Origin: Myxococcota bacterium | Lineage (GTDB): Bacteria; Myxococcota_A; Polyangia; Polyangiales; Sandaracinaceae | Assembly (NCBI GenBank): GCA_036149055.1 | Contig: JAYZQJ010000227.1 | Span: forward strand, 78,761 to 142,760 | DNA: 64,000 nt | Reading direction: 5' to 3' | Shown here: piece by piece, positions 34,599-43,500 of the stretch | Numbering within the stretch: the stretch's first letter is position 1 | How the letters are laid out: every line of letters begins with the position of its first letter | The notes under the pieces: generated by a model | What the model was told of the DNA's origin: nothing | The model's input: the letters and a program-made list of their open reading frames with translations, nothing else | The model's database searches: none | Program-made: the position numbers and the translations under genes

Positions 34599-37500
34599 TT
34601 GTCCGCGCGCCCGCGTTCGTGGACACTTCGACACTCACCCGTGCCTCCGAAGCTCACCAGAAGCGCCATCGAACGGGCCGTGAATCGGCCGACCGTGCTG
34701 ATGGTCGGCGACGGCGATCCGATGGACGCCGCGCTCAAGGTCGCCCTCGACCGACACGGGCTCTTCGTGGAGGCGGTGGGCCTCGAGAACCTGCGCCGCT
34801 CGGTCCACCTCGCCGCCCCGGACCTGATCCTCCTGCTCGGGGACGCGGCCGCCCAGGGCGGGGTCGCCGCGCTGACGGTCCTGGCCGAGGACCCCTCGAC
34901 CGCCGCCGTGCCGGTGGTGCTGCTCGCCCAGGACGCCCGGCTCGAGAGCCGGATGCACGCCTTCCGCCACGGCGCGATGGCGGTGGTGCCGCGGAGCGCG
35001 AGCGCGGACGCCATCGCCCGGAAGGTCGCCCAGCTCTCGAAGGAGCTGTCGGAGCACTTCGAGGAGAAGACCGGCGAGATCGGCGAGGCCACCTTCGACG
35101 AGCTGGTCGAGCTGGTGAAGAAGGAGCTCCGGAGCGGGATCCTCTCGGTGCACACCCCCGGCCACAAGGGCGGCCCGATGCGGGTGGTGCTCGGGGCCGG
35201 CCGGCCGGTCGCGGCGGCGGTGCAGGAGTTCGTCGCCCGCCTGAAGCCGCACGTGCAGCAGGCCGACGCGATGTACTACCAGTTCCACACCAGCGCGGGC
35301 GGGCCGGTGGAGCTGCTCGAGGCCGACGCGCCCGGGACCGGCGACGTCTCGGCCTACGAGCGCCTCCGGGTCCTCCTGGTCGACGACGATCCGGCCCGGG
35401 CGGACACCCTGGCCCAGGAGCTGCGGACCCGCGGCGCGCTGGTCTTCGTCACCGACACCAAGGGCCAGGGGCTGCACCGCGCGGTCGGCCTGGACCCCCA
35501 GGTCGCGATCATCGACGCGGCGGGGCTCGAGGGTCAGGGCTTCGAGGTCGTCCGCGCCATCCGGAAGGACGTGCGCCTCCGCTGGGCCTCGATCCTGGTC
35601 GCCCCCTGGGAGGAGGTCTGGCCCAAGGGCGCGCTGACCCCGGACATGGAGCGCCTGGCGGCCCGCATCGAGCCGCTGCTCCAGCCCGAGCAGGACCTCA
35701 CCGAGCGCGCGCAGTCGGAGGAGCCCTTCGACATCCGGCTCGAGTCCACCGGGCCCAGCCGCATGATGCGGGTCCTGGTCGACAACGGCGCGACCATGCA
35801 CCTGACGGTGCGCAACCCCAAGGCGGTGGTCGACCTCGACCTGGCCCAGAACCTGGTGGTCGGCGCGTCGGCGCGCCCCTCGGGCGGCATGCGGGTGGAG
35901 GGCCCGGCCGCGCTCGCCACCCTGCTGTCGCTCGGCTCGGGGCGGGTGCACGTCGAGCGCCGCACCAACCCCTCGGTCGCCAACGTGATGGCCCCCCTCG
36001 ACGAGGCGCTCGCGTCCGCGGCCCAGGAGGAGAGCGCGGTGCGCCCCTCGTCGGCGCCGCCGTCGTCGATGTCGCCCGCCCGTCCGCTGCCGAAGGCGCC
36101 GCCCCCGCCCCGCTCCCCGGACGACTCGGTCAGCGGCCCGCTCCTCCGCCCCACGCCGAGCGCCTCCTCGAGCGACGCGCCGACCGGGGCGCCGGGCAAG
36201 GGAGACCTCCGCTGGGACGCGACCCAGTCCGCCGAGGCGTTCGTGCCCCTCGAGGACGACGACGAGGCGCCGGAGCAGGCGCAGACGAAGATCAAGGATC
36301 TCTCCAAGCTGGCCGAGGCCGGCGAGGCGATCCTGGAGGATCGGTCGGTGGCGCCGCCCGCGCCGCCCCCGCCGGTGGGGCCGGTCGCGGCGAACGAGCG
36401 ACTCCGGCAGCGGACGAAGCGCAAGGCGACCCTGGTGATGGGCGCGCCGGCGCCGGCCGAGCTCCGGCAGCCGTCCCCGCCGCCCCCGCCGCCGCCGGAC
36501 TCGAGCGGCCAGCCCACGGTGCCGGCGCCGCCTCCGAGCGAGGAGCTGCTGGAGAGCGACGAGCTGGTCGAGGACACCGACACGGTGACCGAGGCGCGCC
36601 CGCCGCGGCTGAAGGCGACGATGGTCGGCATGCAGGCGCCGCCGATCCCGCCCGCGCCGCCGGCCCCGACCCTCGAGCCGGCCGACAGCGAGATCACGAC
36701 CACCGAGGCGGACTCCGAGCCCCCGCCGTCGCTGCCGGTGGCGCCGGTGGAGGCCCGACGGGAGGCGGCCGCCGAGCCGACCGAGCCGATCGCGGTCGCG
36801 CGGCGCGGCGGGCCGACCCGGACGCTGGCGAAGATCTTCGTGGCGCTGGCGGCGATCGTGCTGATCGGGGTGCTGGCGCTGATCGGGTACCGGAGGTCGG
36901 GGCAGTCGGTGCCGGAGATCGACCGGATCCTGGTGAGCCTCGGGGTGCCGCCGGGGGAGACCGAGGTCGAAGTCGAGACCGGAGCCGAAGCCGAGGCCGA
37001 AGCCGAGGCCGAAGCCGAGACCGAAGCCGAAGCCGGAGCCGAGACCGAAGCCGAAGCCGAAGCCGAAGCCGAGACCGAAGCCGGAGCCGAGACCGAAGCC
37101 GGCGCCGAAGCCGAAGCCGAGACCGGAGCCGAGACCGAAGCCGGAGCCGGAGCCGAGACCGAAGCTGAGACCGAAGCCGAAGCCGAAGCCGAAGCCGAAG
37201 CCGAGGCCGAGGCCGAGGCCGAGGCCGAGACCGAGACCGAGGCGGACGGAGACGACGTCGACGAGGCGAGCACGGCCGAGGAGCTGGTGGCGCGGGCGCG
37301 GCGGGCGGGGAACAGCGAGCTGGCGGTCACGCTCTACCGGCGGGCGCTGCGGCTGGACTCGCAGGAGCACCACGCGATGGTGGGGCTCGCGCGCATCCTG
37401 ATGGACCGCGGGGAGAACGCGGAGGCGGCGGAGCTGCTCCGGGGCGCCGTGGGGCGGCGGCCGCGGCGGGCGTCGTACCGGATCTGGCTGGGCGACGCGC

Positions 37501-37601
37501 TCGCCGCTGCCGGTGACGGCGCCGGGGCGCGGCGCGAGTGGCAGCGCGCGCTGGAGCTCGACCCCGACAACCGTCAGGCGCAGCGGCGACTCGGCGGTTG
37601 A
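34599..37601 (+). CDS. Membrane-anchored multidomain protein: receiver-like domains, Pro-rich linker, TM, Ala/Glu repeat, TPR
   Basis: VLMVGD..PDLILL and LRVLLVDDD receiver-like folds, Pro-rich middle, [22 protein letters not shown], (AE)n tract, TPR-like C-terminus. Start uncertain (GTG near 34641/34680 possible). Confidence 0.8.
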   Translation: MSARPRSWTLRHSPVPPKLTRSAIERAVNRPTVLMVGDGDPMDAALKVALDRHGLFVEAVGLENLRRSVHLAAPDLILLLGDAAAQGGVAALTVLAEDPSTAAVPVVLLAQDARLESRMHAFRHGAMAVVPRSASADAIARKVAQLSKELSEHFEEKTGEIGEATFDELVELVKKELRSGILSVHTPGHKGGPMRVVLGAGRPVAAAVQEFVARLKPHVQQADAMYYQFHTSAGGPVELLEADAPGTGDVSAYERLRVLLVDDDPARADTLAQELRTRGALVFVTDTKGQGLHRAVGLDPQVAIIDAAGLEGQGFEVVRAIRKDVRLRWASILVAPWEEVWPKGALTPDMERLAARIEPLLQPEQDLTERAQSEEPFDIRLESTGPSRMMRVLVDNGATMHLTVRNPKAVVDLDLAQNLVVGASARPSGGMRVEGPAALATLLSLGSGRVHVERRTNPSVANVMAPLDEALASAAQEESAVRPSSAPPSSMSPARPLPKAPPPPRSPDDSVSGPLLRPTPSASSSDAPTGAPGKGDLRWDATQSAEAFVPLEDDDEAPEQAQTKIKDLSKLAEAGEAILEDRSVAPPAPPPPVGPVAANERLRQRTKRKATLVMGAPAPAELRQPSPPPPPPPDSSGQPTVPAPPPSEELLESDELVEDTDTVTEARPPRLKATMVGMQAPPIPPAPPAPTLEPADSEITTTEADSEPPPSLPVAPVEARREAAAEPTEPIAVARRGGPTRTLAKIFVALAAIVLIGVLALIGYRRSGQSVPEIDRILVSLGVPPGETEVEVETGAEAEAEAEAEAETEAEAGAETEAEAEAEAETEAGAETEAGAEAEAETGAETEAGAGAETEAETEAEAEAEAEAEAEAEAEAETETEADGDDVDEASTAEELVARARRAGNSELAVTLYRRALRLDSQEHHAMVGLARILMDRGENAEAAELLRGAVGRRPRRASYRIWLGDALAAAGDGAGARREWQRALELDPDNRQAQRRLGG
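36958..37245 (+). repeat. Coding 6-bp microsatellite-like repeat (GCCGAR/ACCGAR) encoding AE/TE
   Basis: Direct inspection of the sequence. Confidence 0.9.
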
Positions 37602-37678
37602 GCGGTCAGGTGATCTTAAGCCGACGCGTGGATTGACGGGCGCGGGCGGCTCGTCGAGGCTTGGCCGAGGAGCTTCTC

Positions 37679-38848
37679 ATGCGTCACCTCGCCCGCCTCG
37701 CCTCGCCGCTGTCCATCCTGCTCGCGCTCACCGCCTGTGAGGCGGGGGGCGGCACCGGCCCTCGACGCGACGGGGGCGGCACCGCGGAGGAGGGCGAGGC
37801 CCGCTGTCACGACGGGCGCGACGACGACGGCGACGGCTGGATCGACTGCGAGGATCCCGGCTGCTTCGCCCTCGCCTCGTGCGGGCCGGGCGACGGAGGC
37901 CCGCGGCGCGACGTCGGCTTCATGGGCTGCGTCGGCACGCCCTACGAGGGCATGGAGGCGTTCGCGCCGATCGACATCGTCTGGGTCGTCGACACCTCCG
38001 GCAGCATGCGCAACGAGGCCGAGCGCGTGCAGGAGAACATGCAGCGCTTCGCCACCGCCATCGGCGGGGTCGGGCTCGACTGGCACGTCGTCGTCATCAG
38101 CACCCAGGACTACGTCAACGTGCCCGAGCCGCTGGCGAGCGACCCGCGCTACCGCCTGATCAACCGCCCGGTGAGCTCCAGCGAGCCGCTGCGCGCGCTC
38201 CTCGACGAGTGGCCGCGCTACCAGGACTTCCTCCGCCGCAGCGCGCTCATCCACTTCATCGCCGTCACCGACGACGAGAGCGACCTGTCCTGGATGGACT
38301 TCCAGAGACAGATGCGGCTCAACCTCGAGCGCAACTTCATCTTCCACACCATCAGCTCCGAGGTCGCGGGCCCGCCGAGCTTCATGTACCCGGAGGGTCA
38401 GCCCTGTCAGACCAGCGCCGGCTTCCCGCCCGAGGGCGCGGCCGAGCCCGGTGTGCAGTACTGGGAGCTGGCGAGCGCCACCGGCGGCCGGACGTTCTCG
38501 ATCTGCACCCCGTCCGAGGAGTGGGCGTCGCTCTTCGACAGCCTCACCGCCGCGATCGCGGTCCCCCAGTCCATCCCCTGCGAGTACGAGATCCCGGCGC
38601 CGCCCGACGGCGAAGAGCTCGACTTCCTGCGCGTCAACGTGCGCTACCGCTCGGGCGGCGGCGAGTCCACGGTCTTCCCCTACGTCGGCAGCGACGACGG
38701 CGCCGACTGCAGCACGACCGGCTGGTACTACGACGACCCCGCGAACCCGACCCGCATCATCCTCTGCCCCAACGCCTGCACCCAGGTCAGCGGCGACTCC
38801 GCCGGCCGCGTCGACGTCGAGCTAGGCTGCCAGACGTTCATCATCTAG
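37679..38848 (+). CDS. vWA-domain lipoprotein with Cys/Asp repeat
   Basis: LLALTAC lipobox, CHDGRDDDGDGWIDCEDPGC, DIVWVVDTSGSM, AVTDDES, Cys-rich tail GWYYDDP..IILCP.AC. Confidence 0.85.
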   Translation: MRHLARLASPLSILLALTACEAGGGTGPRRDGGGTAEEGEARCHDGRDDDGDGWIDCEDPGCFALASCGPGDGGPRRDVGFMGCVGTPYEGMEAFAPIDIVWVVDTSGSMRNEAERVQENMQRFATAIGGVGLDWHVVVISTQDYVNVPEPLASDPRYRLINRPVSSSEPLRALLDEWPRYQDFLRRSALIHFIAVTDDESDLSWMDFQRQMRLNLERNFIFHTISSEVAGPPSFMYPEGQPCQTSAGFPPEGAAEPGVQYWELASATGGRTFSICTPSEEWASLFDSLTAAIAVPQSIPCEYEIPAPPDGEELDFLRVNVRYRSGGGESTVFPYVGSDDGADCSTTGWYYDDPANPTRIILCPNACTQVSGDSAGRVDVELGCQTFII

Positions 38849-38887
38849 CTTCGGCCAGACCGCTCGGTGTGCTTCGGAGCTCGTTGG

Positions 38888-39048
38888 CTCTCGCAAAGCC
38901 GCAGAGCCGCAAAGATGAGAGGCGGGGCCACGGGATGGACCCACGCCACCAGGTCCGGCGCTGACTGGCCGCGGGCCGCCGGCACGCCCCGGCCAGCCGC
39001 CATCCCGCCGCCAACCCGACCCTTTGCGGCTTCGCGCCTTTGCGAGAG
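38888..39048. repeat. 161-bp element bounded by 27-bp imperfect inverted repeats (REPIN/MITE-like)
   Basis: ctctcgcaaagccgcagagccgcaaag (38888-38914) versus ctttgcggcttcgcgcctttgcgagag (39022-39048), 24/27 complementary. Confidence 0.7.
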
Positions 39049-39107
39049 CACAAAGCCGCCGCTGCGAGAGCACGGAGCCACCGCACGTCGAACGGCGGAG
39101 GCGAGGG

Positions 39108-39425
39108 TCAGGCTTTGGTCGACAGCGAGGCTCGCTTCTCGAAGTTGCCGGTCAGGCGGCTGTAGCGGAGGCGGGCCTCGACGGCGGGGACGTCGCGGTA
39201 GCCGCCCTCGGCGGTGAGCGGGAGCTCGATGCGCTGGGTGCGCGCGAAGTCCGGGCGGGGGCCGATGAAGGTCTCGATCACGTAGCGGCCGGGCTGCACG
39301 TCGAGGCTGACGTCGAAGCCCTCCTTGAAGCTCCCGTCGAAGAGCGTGCGGCCGTCGAGGCGGACCACGAGCCGGGGCGCGTTGAGGAAGAAGCCGGGCC
39401 GGTCGAAGCTCACGCGGAGACGCAT
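39108..39425 (-). CDS. Hypothetical protein (105 aa, beta-rich)
   Basis: MRLRVSFDRPGFFLNAPRLVVRLDG..., plausible composition. Confidence 0.65.
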   Translation of the reverse strand: MRLRVSFDRPGFFLNAPRLVVRLDGRTLFDGSFKEGFDVSLDVQPGRYVIETFIGPRPDFARTQRIELPLTAEGGYRDVPAVEARLRYSRLTGNFEKRASLSTKA

Positions 39426-39461
39426 CGCAGGCTCACTATGACGCGTGTGGCAAGCTCCGGC

Positions 39462-39929
39462 ATGGCCAAGGGTCGACGACCGAAGGCGTGCCCGTGCGGG
39501 AGCGGGGCGCGCTACGCGAGCTGCTGCCAGCCGTACCACGCGGGCGGCGAGGCGGAGACGCCCGAGCGGCTCATGCGATCGCGCTTCGCCGCCTTCGCGC
39601 TCGGCGAGGGCGGCTACCTCTTGCGGACCACCCACCCCGGCCACCCCCTCTCGCTCCGGCCGCCTGACGAGGCGATCCGCGAGCTCTCCACCGCGCGACA
39701 GCGCCTGCGCTACCTCGACCTCGCCGTGCACGACGCGCGGGAGGACGGCGACCGAGGCCAGGTGCTCTTCACCGCGCGGGTCTTCGAGCGGGGCCGGGAC
39801 GTCTCGTTCACCGAGCTGAGCGACTTCGAGCGGGTCGACGGCGCGTGGCGTTATCTCGACGGCCTCACCGCGCCGGCCCTCGACGCGCCGCCCGACTCGA
39901 TCGACGCTTTCCTCGAACGGCTCGAGTGA
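39462..39929 (+). CDS. ychJ: YchJ-family protein (SEC-C motif + NTF2-like)
   Basis: CPCGSG..YASCCQPYH, TPERLMRSRF.AF, ELSDFER..WRYLDG. Confidence 0.88.
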   Translation: MAKGRRPKACPCGSGARYASCCQPYHAGGEAETPERLMRSRFAAFALGEGGYLLRTTHPGHPLSLRPPDEAIRELSTARQRLRYLDLAVHDAREDGDRGQVLFTARVFERGRDVSFTELSDFERVDGAWRYLDGLTAPALDAPPDSIDAFLERLE

Positions 39930-39930
39930 G

Positions 39931-40275
39931 ATGGAGACGCCCCCCGACCGCGACGGCCCCTTCCGCGCCCCGGAGCTGACCCCGGACGCGCGGCGCCAGA
40001 AAGAGCACGAGGCGAGCTGGGACCGGGTCGCGCGGTGGGCCGAGCGGAGCGCGGCCGAGGAGCGCGCCCGGAGCGCCCGCCGGGTGCGCTGGAGCTGGAT
40101 CGCCCTCGGGATCTCGTGCGCCGGGCTCGCGGCTGGCGTCGCGCTGTCGTTCCGCTACCCGAGCGCGCTCGCCTGGCTCTGTCTCGGAGTGGCGGCCGTG
40201 CTCACGAGCGGGCTGACCCTGCTCTACAACCGCCGGCTCGACGGTTTCTTGGAGCGCGGAGGACCCGGGCCGTAG
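39931..40275 (+). CDS. Hypothetical 2-TM membrane protein
   Basis: ORF directly after ychJ with two hydrophobic segments. Confidence 0.6.
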   Translation: METPPDRDGPFRAPELTPDARRQKEHEASWDRVARWAERSAAEERARSARRVRWSWIALGISCAGLAAGVALSFRYPSALAWLCLGVAAVLTSGLTLLYNRRLDGFLERGGPGP

Positions 40276-40284
40276 CTTCGGCCC

Positions 40285-40740
40285 ATGCGCCTCATCGTCT
40301 GCGTCGCCCTGATCGTGCTCGGCCTCTCGGGCTGCATCTTCCAGAACCTCTCGGCCACCCGGCGCCTGACCGACCAAGTCTACGCGCTGAACGACGAGAC
40401 GCGCTGGGGCCGCGTCGACCTCGCCTCGCAGCGCGTCGCGCCCGACTACCGCGTCGCCTTCCTGCAGCGCCACCACGCCTGGGGCCGGCACTTCCAGATC
40501 GCCGACACCGACCTCACCAACGTGGTGATGAACCCGGACTCCGACGGCGCGACCAGCCTCATCGCCGTCTCCTGGTACGACCAGCGCACGATGACCCTGC
40601 ACGGCACCGTGCTCGAGCAGACCTGGACCCGCCTCGACGATCACTACGTGCTCGAGTCCGAGCGCATCGTCGACGGCGACGAGCGCCTCCTCGCCCCGCC
40701 GGAGACCGAAGACGACGACCGCGTCGCCGTCGCCGAGTGA
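40285..40740 (+). CDS. Hypothetical lipoprotein
   Basis: MRLIVCVALIVLGLSGC lipobox. Confidence 0.8.
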   Translation: MRLIVCVALIVLGLSGCIFQNLSATRRLTDQVYALNDETRWGRVDLASQRVAPDYRVAFLQRHHAWGRHFQIADTDLTNVVMNPDSDGATSLIAVSWYDQRTMTLHGTVLEQTWTRLDDHYVLESERIVDGDERLLAPPETEDDDRVAVAE

Positions 40741-41715
40741 TCAGGCCTTCCCGATGCCGACCGCGTCTCGGACGCGGGCGAGCGTGGCCTGGGCGATCGG
40801 CTTGGCGCGCTCGGCGCCGTGCGCGAGCACGCGATCGATCTCGGCGTGATCGGCCATGAGGCGGTGGTAGGTGTCCCGCTTGGGGCCGAGCTCCGCCTCG
40901 AGCGCCTCGTAGAGGTCCTGCTTGGCGTGGCCCCAGCCGTAGCCGCCGTTCTCGAGCTTCTCGCGCAGCGCGCCGACCTTCTCTTCATCGGCGACGAGCT
41001 TGTAGAGCTCGAAGACCGTCGTGCCGTCGCTCGGCTTCGGCGCCTCGAGGGGCTCGCTCCCGGTCACGATCTTCATGACCGTCTTGCGGAGCTGCTTGGC
41101 GGGGGCGAAGAGCGGGATCGCGTTGCCCTTGCTCTTGCTCATCTTCTCGCCGTCGAGCCCCGGCACGAGCGGGCCCTCGGAGATGTGCGGGTCCGGGACC
41201 ACCAGGGTGCCCTCGCCGAAGAGGTGGTTGACCCGCTGCGCCGCGTCTCGGGTGAGCTCGAGGTGCTGCAGCTGATCCTTGCCCACCGGCACCACGTCGG
41301 CGTCGTAGAGCACGATGTCGGCGGCCATCAGCACCGGGTAGTTGAAGATGCCGGCGTTCGGCGCCTCGCCCTTGTCGAGCGCCGCCTTGTAGGCGTGGCC
41401 GCGCTCGAGCTGCCCGGTCGCCAGCACGCAGGCGAGCGCCCAGGTGAGCTCGAAGACCTCGGGCCGGTCGCTCTGCCGGTAGATGTGGATCTGCTCGGGA
41501 TCGAGGCCGCAGGCCAGCCAGGTCGCGGCGACGTCGTAGGTGTACTCCCGCATCTTCGCCGGCTCGCGCATCGTGGTGAGCGCGTGGTAGTCGGCGATGA
41601 ACAGGAAGCTCTCGAACTGCTCGGCGAGCGAGAGCGCGGGGCGGATGGCGCCGAGGTAGTTCCCCAGGTGCACCATGCCCGACGGCTTGATCCCAGTCAG
41701 CGACCTCTTCTTCAC
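40741..41715 (-). CDS. trpS: Tryptophan--tRNA ligase
   Basis: TGIKPSG..HLGNYLG, ADYHALT, YPVLMAADI, VPVGKDQLQH, KMSKS. Confidence 0.97.
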   Translation of the reverse strand: MKKRSLTGIKPSGMVHLGNYLGAIRPALSLAEQFESFLFIADYHALTTMREPAKMREYTYDVAATWLACGLDPEQIHIYRQSDRPEVFELTWALACVLATGQLERGHAYKAALDKGEAPNAGIFNYPVLMAADIVLYDADVVPVGKDQLQHLELTRDAAQRVNHLFGEGTLVVPDPHISEGPLVPGLDGEKMSKSKGNAIPLFAPAKQLRKTVMKIVTGSEPLEAPKPSDGTTVFELYKLVADEEKVGALREKLENGGYGWGHAKQDLYEALEAELGPKRDTYHRLMADHAEIDRVLAHGAERAKPIAQATLARVRDAVGIGKA

Positions 41716-41774
41716 GCGTCTCTGATCGCACGCGCTCGGGACTGGCGCAACGGAGCTGCTAGGGTTCGCGCCTC

Positions 41775-42218
41775 ATGACCGATCGACCGTTCAAGATCCT
41801 CGGTGTGCAGCAGATCGCGGTGGGAGCGCCCGACAAGGCGCGGCTCCGTCACCTCTGGATCGATCTGCTGGGCCTCGAATCGAAGGGCTCCTATCGCAGC
41901 GAGAAGGAGAACGTCGACGAGGACATCGCGGTGTGCGGCGAGGGCGCGGCCGAGGTCGAGGTCGACCTCATGCAGCCGCTCGATCCGGCGAAGAAGCCGC
42001 GGGTGGACACGCCGCCGCTCAACCACGTGGGGCTCTGGGTCGACGACCTGCCGAAGGCGGTGGAGTGGCTGAGCGCGCAGGGCGTGCGCTTCACGCCGGG
42101 CGGGATCCGCAAAGGCGCGGCCGGCCACGACGTCTGCTTCATCCACCCGAAGGGCAGCGAGGACGCGCCGCAGGGCGGCGAGGGTGTGCTGATCGAGCTG
42201 GTCCAGGCGCCGCGGTAG
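41775..42218 (+). CDS. VOC-family protein (methylmalonyl-CoA epimerase-like)
   Basis: [43 protein letters not shown]. Confidence 0.85.
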   Translation: MTDRPFKILGVQQIAVGAPDKARLRHLWIDLLGLESKGSYRSEKENVDEDIAVCGEGAAEVEVDLMQPLDPAKKPRVDTPPLNHVGLWVDDLPKAVEWLSAQGVRFTPGGIRKGAAGHDVCFIHPKGSEDAPQGGEGVLIELVQAPR

Positions 42219-42294
42219 TCCAGGGCCCGCTTCTTGCTCGACCTTCAGGGGGGAGTCGCTCTTGCACGGAAAAGCACCGATCGCGGTCCGGAAC

Positions 42295-43434
42295 GTGAAC
42301 CTGGGTTCGCGCCTGCGCTGGGTCGCGCTGTTGGCGCTCACGCTGCTCGTGCCGAGCGTGGCGTCCGCCGACGCGGTCGCGCTCCTGGGGCTGGACGGGC
42401 GCGCGTCCCCCGAGCGCCTCGAGCAGATCGAGGAGACGATGGGCGCCATCCTGCGCGAGCAGGGTCACCGCCTCGTCGCCCCGGCCGGCGACGTCTCGCA
42501 CCCGCCGGCGAGCGCCGAGATGGAGGCCGCCGCGGGCAGCGCGCTCTACGTGATCGCGGCCGAGGTCGAGCCCCTGCGCGGGCAATACCGGCTGAGCATC
42601 CACGTCTTCTACCGTCCCGCCGGCCGCATGGAGGAGCTGGTCGCGACCGTGCTCGAGGCGGAGGAGCGGGAGCGGCTCACCGACATCCTCGCCTCGATGG
42701 TCCGGCGCGAGGGGCTGGGCGAGGACGCGCTCCGGCTCACCGGCGAGGAGGACCCCGAGGAGGCGGCCCGCCGCGCCGAGGAGGAGCGGCGGCGCCTCGA
42801 GGAAGAGGAGCAGCGCGCCCGCGAGGAGGCCGAGGCGGCGGCCCGCGAGGAAGAGGAGCGGCTCCAGCGCGAGGCGGAGGAGGCCGCGCGCATCGAGGAA
42901 GAGGAGGCCGCGCGCCGCGCCGCCGAGGAGCGCGAGGCGGCGGAGAGCGCCTGGGAGAGCCGGGTCCGCTACGGCACCGACGGCCCCTGGATGGTGCAGG
43001 GCCGGGTCGGCGGACGGGTCGCCGTCCTGCTCGGCGGCCTCCCCAACCCCGCCGCGAGCGGCCAGGGCGGCCTCTTCGACGCCGGCATCCGGATCGGCCG
43101 CACCTTCGAGGGCCTCGAGGGGTTCGAGCTCCGCGGCGGGGTGGACTTCCAGACGGGCCTCTACACCGGGCTCGCGCTCCACGTCGGCGCCGCCTGGCTC
43201 GGCAGCTTCTTCACCGAGCCGATCTACATCGGCGGCGAGGCCCAGATCGGCGCGGTCTTCACCCTGACCGGGGCGCGCGACGTCGGCTTCTCCAGCCAGG
43301 CGTCGGCGCTGGTCGCGTGGCGACCGACCGACCGCTTCTACCTCGAGGCCTCGCTCCCCGAGATCGGCGTCGTCACGCCCGGGGCAGGCGCGTTGACGAT
43401 CGGCGCCAGCCTGCGCGCCGGCTACCGATTCTGA
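42295..43434 (+). CDS. Secreted protein with charged helical linker and predicted C-terminal outer-membrane beta-barrel
   Basis: Signal peptide (ALLALTLLVPSVASA), E/R-rich tract, amphipathic beta strands ending RAGYRF. Start is 42295 or 42262. Confidence 0.72.
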   Translation: MNLGSRLRWVALLALTLLVPSVASADAVALLGLDGRASPERLEQIEETMGAILREQGHRLVAPAGDVSHPPASAEMEAAAGSALYVIAAEVEPLRGQYRLSIHVFYRPAGRMEELVATVLEAEERERLTDILASMVRREGLGEDALRLTGEEDPEEAARRAEEERRRLEEEEQRAREEAEAAAREEEERLQREAEEAARIEEEEAARRAAEEREAAESAWESRVRYGTDGPWMVQGRVGGRVAVLLGGLPNPAASGQGGLFDAGIRIGRTFEGLEGFELRGGVDFQTGLYTGLALHVGAAWLGSFFTEPIYIGGEAQIGAVFTLTGARDVGFSSQASALVAWRPTDRFYLEASLPEIGVVTPGAGALTIGASLRAGYRF

Positions 43435-43500
43435 CCGTACTTGCCCCCCTCGGCCCTTCGCCGGTTATGATGGCCGCCGCGCCGGGCGCGCGAGGGATCC

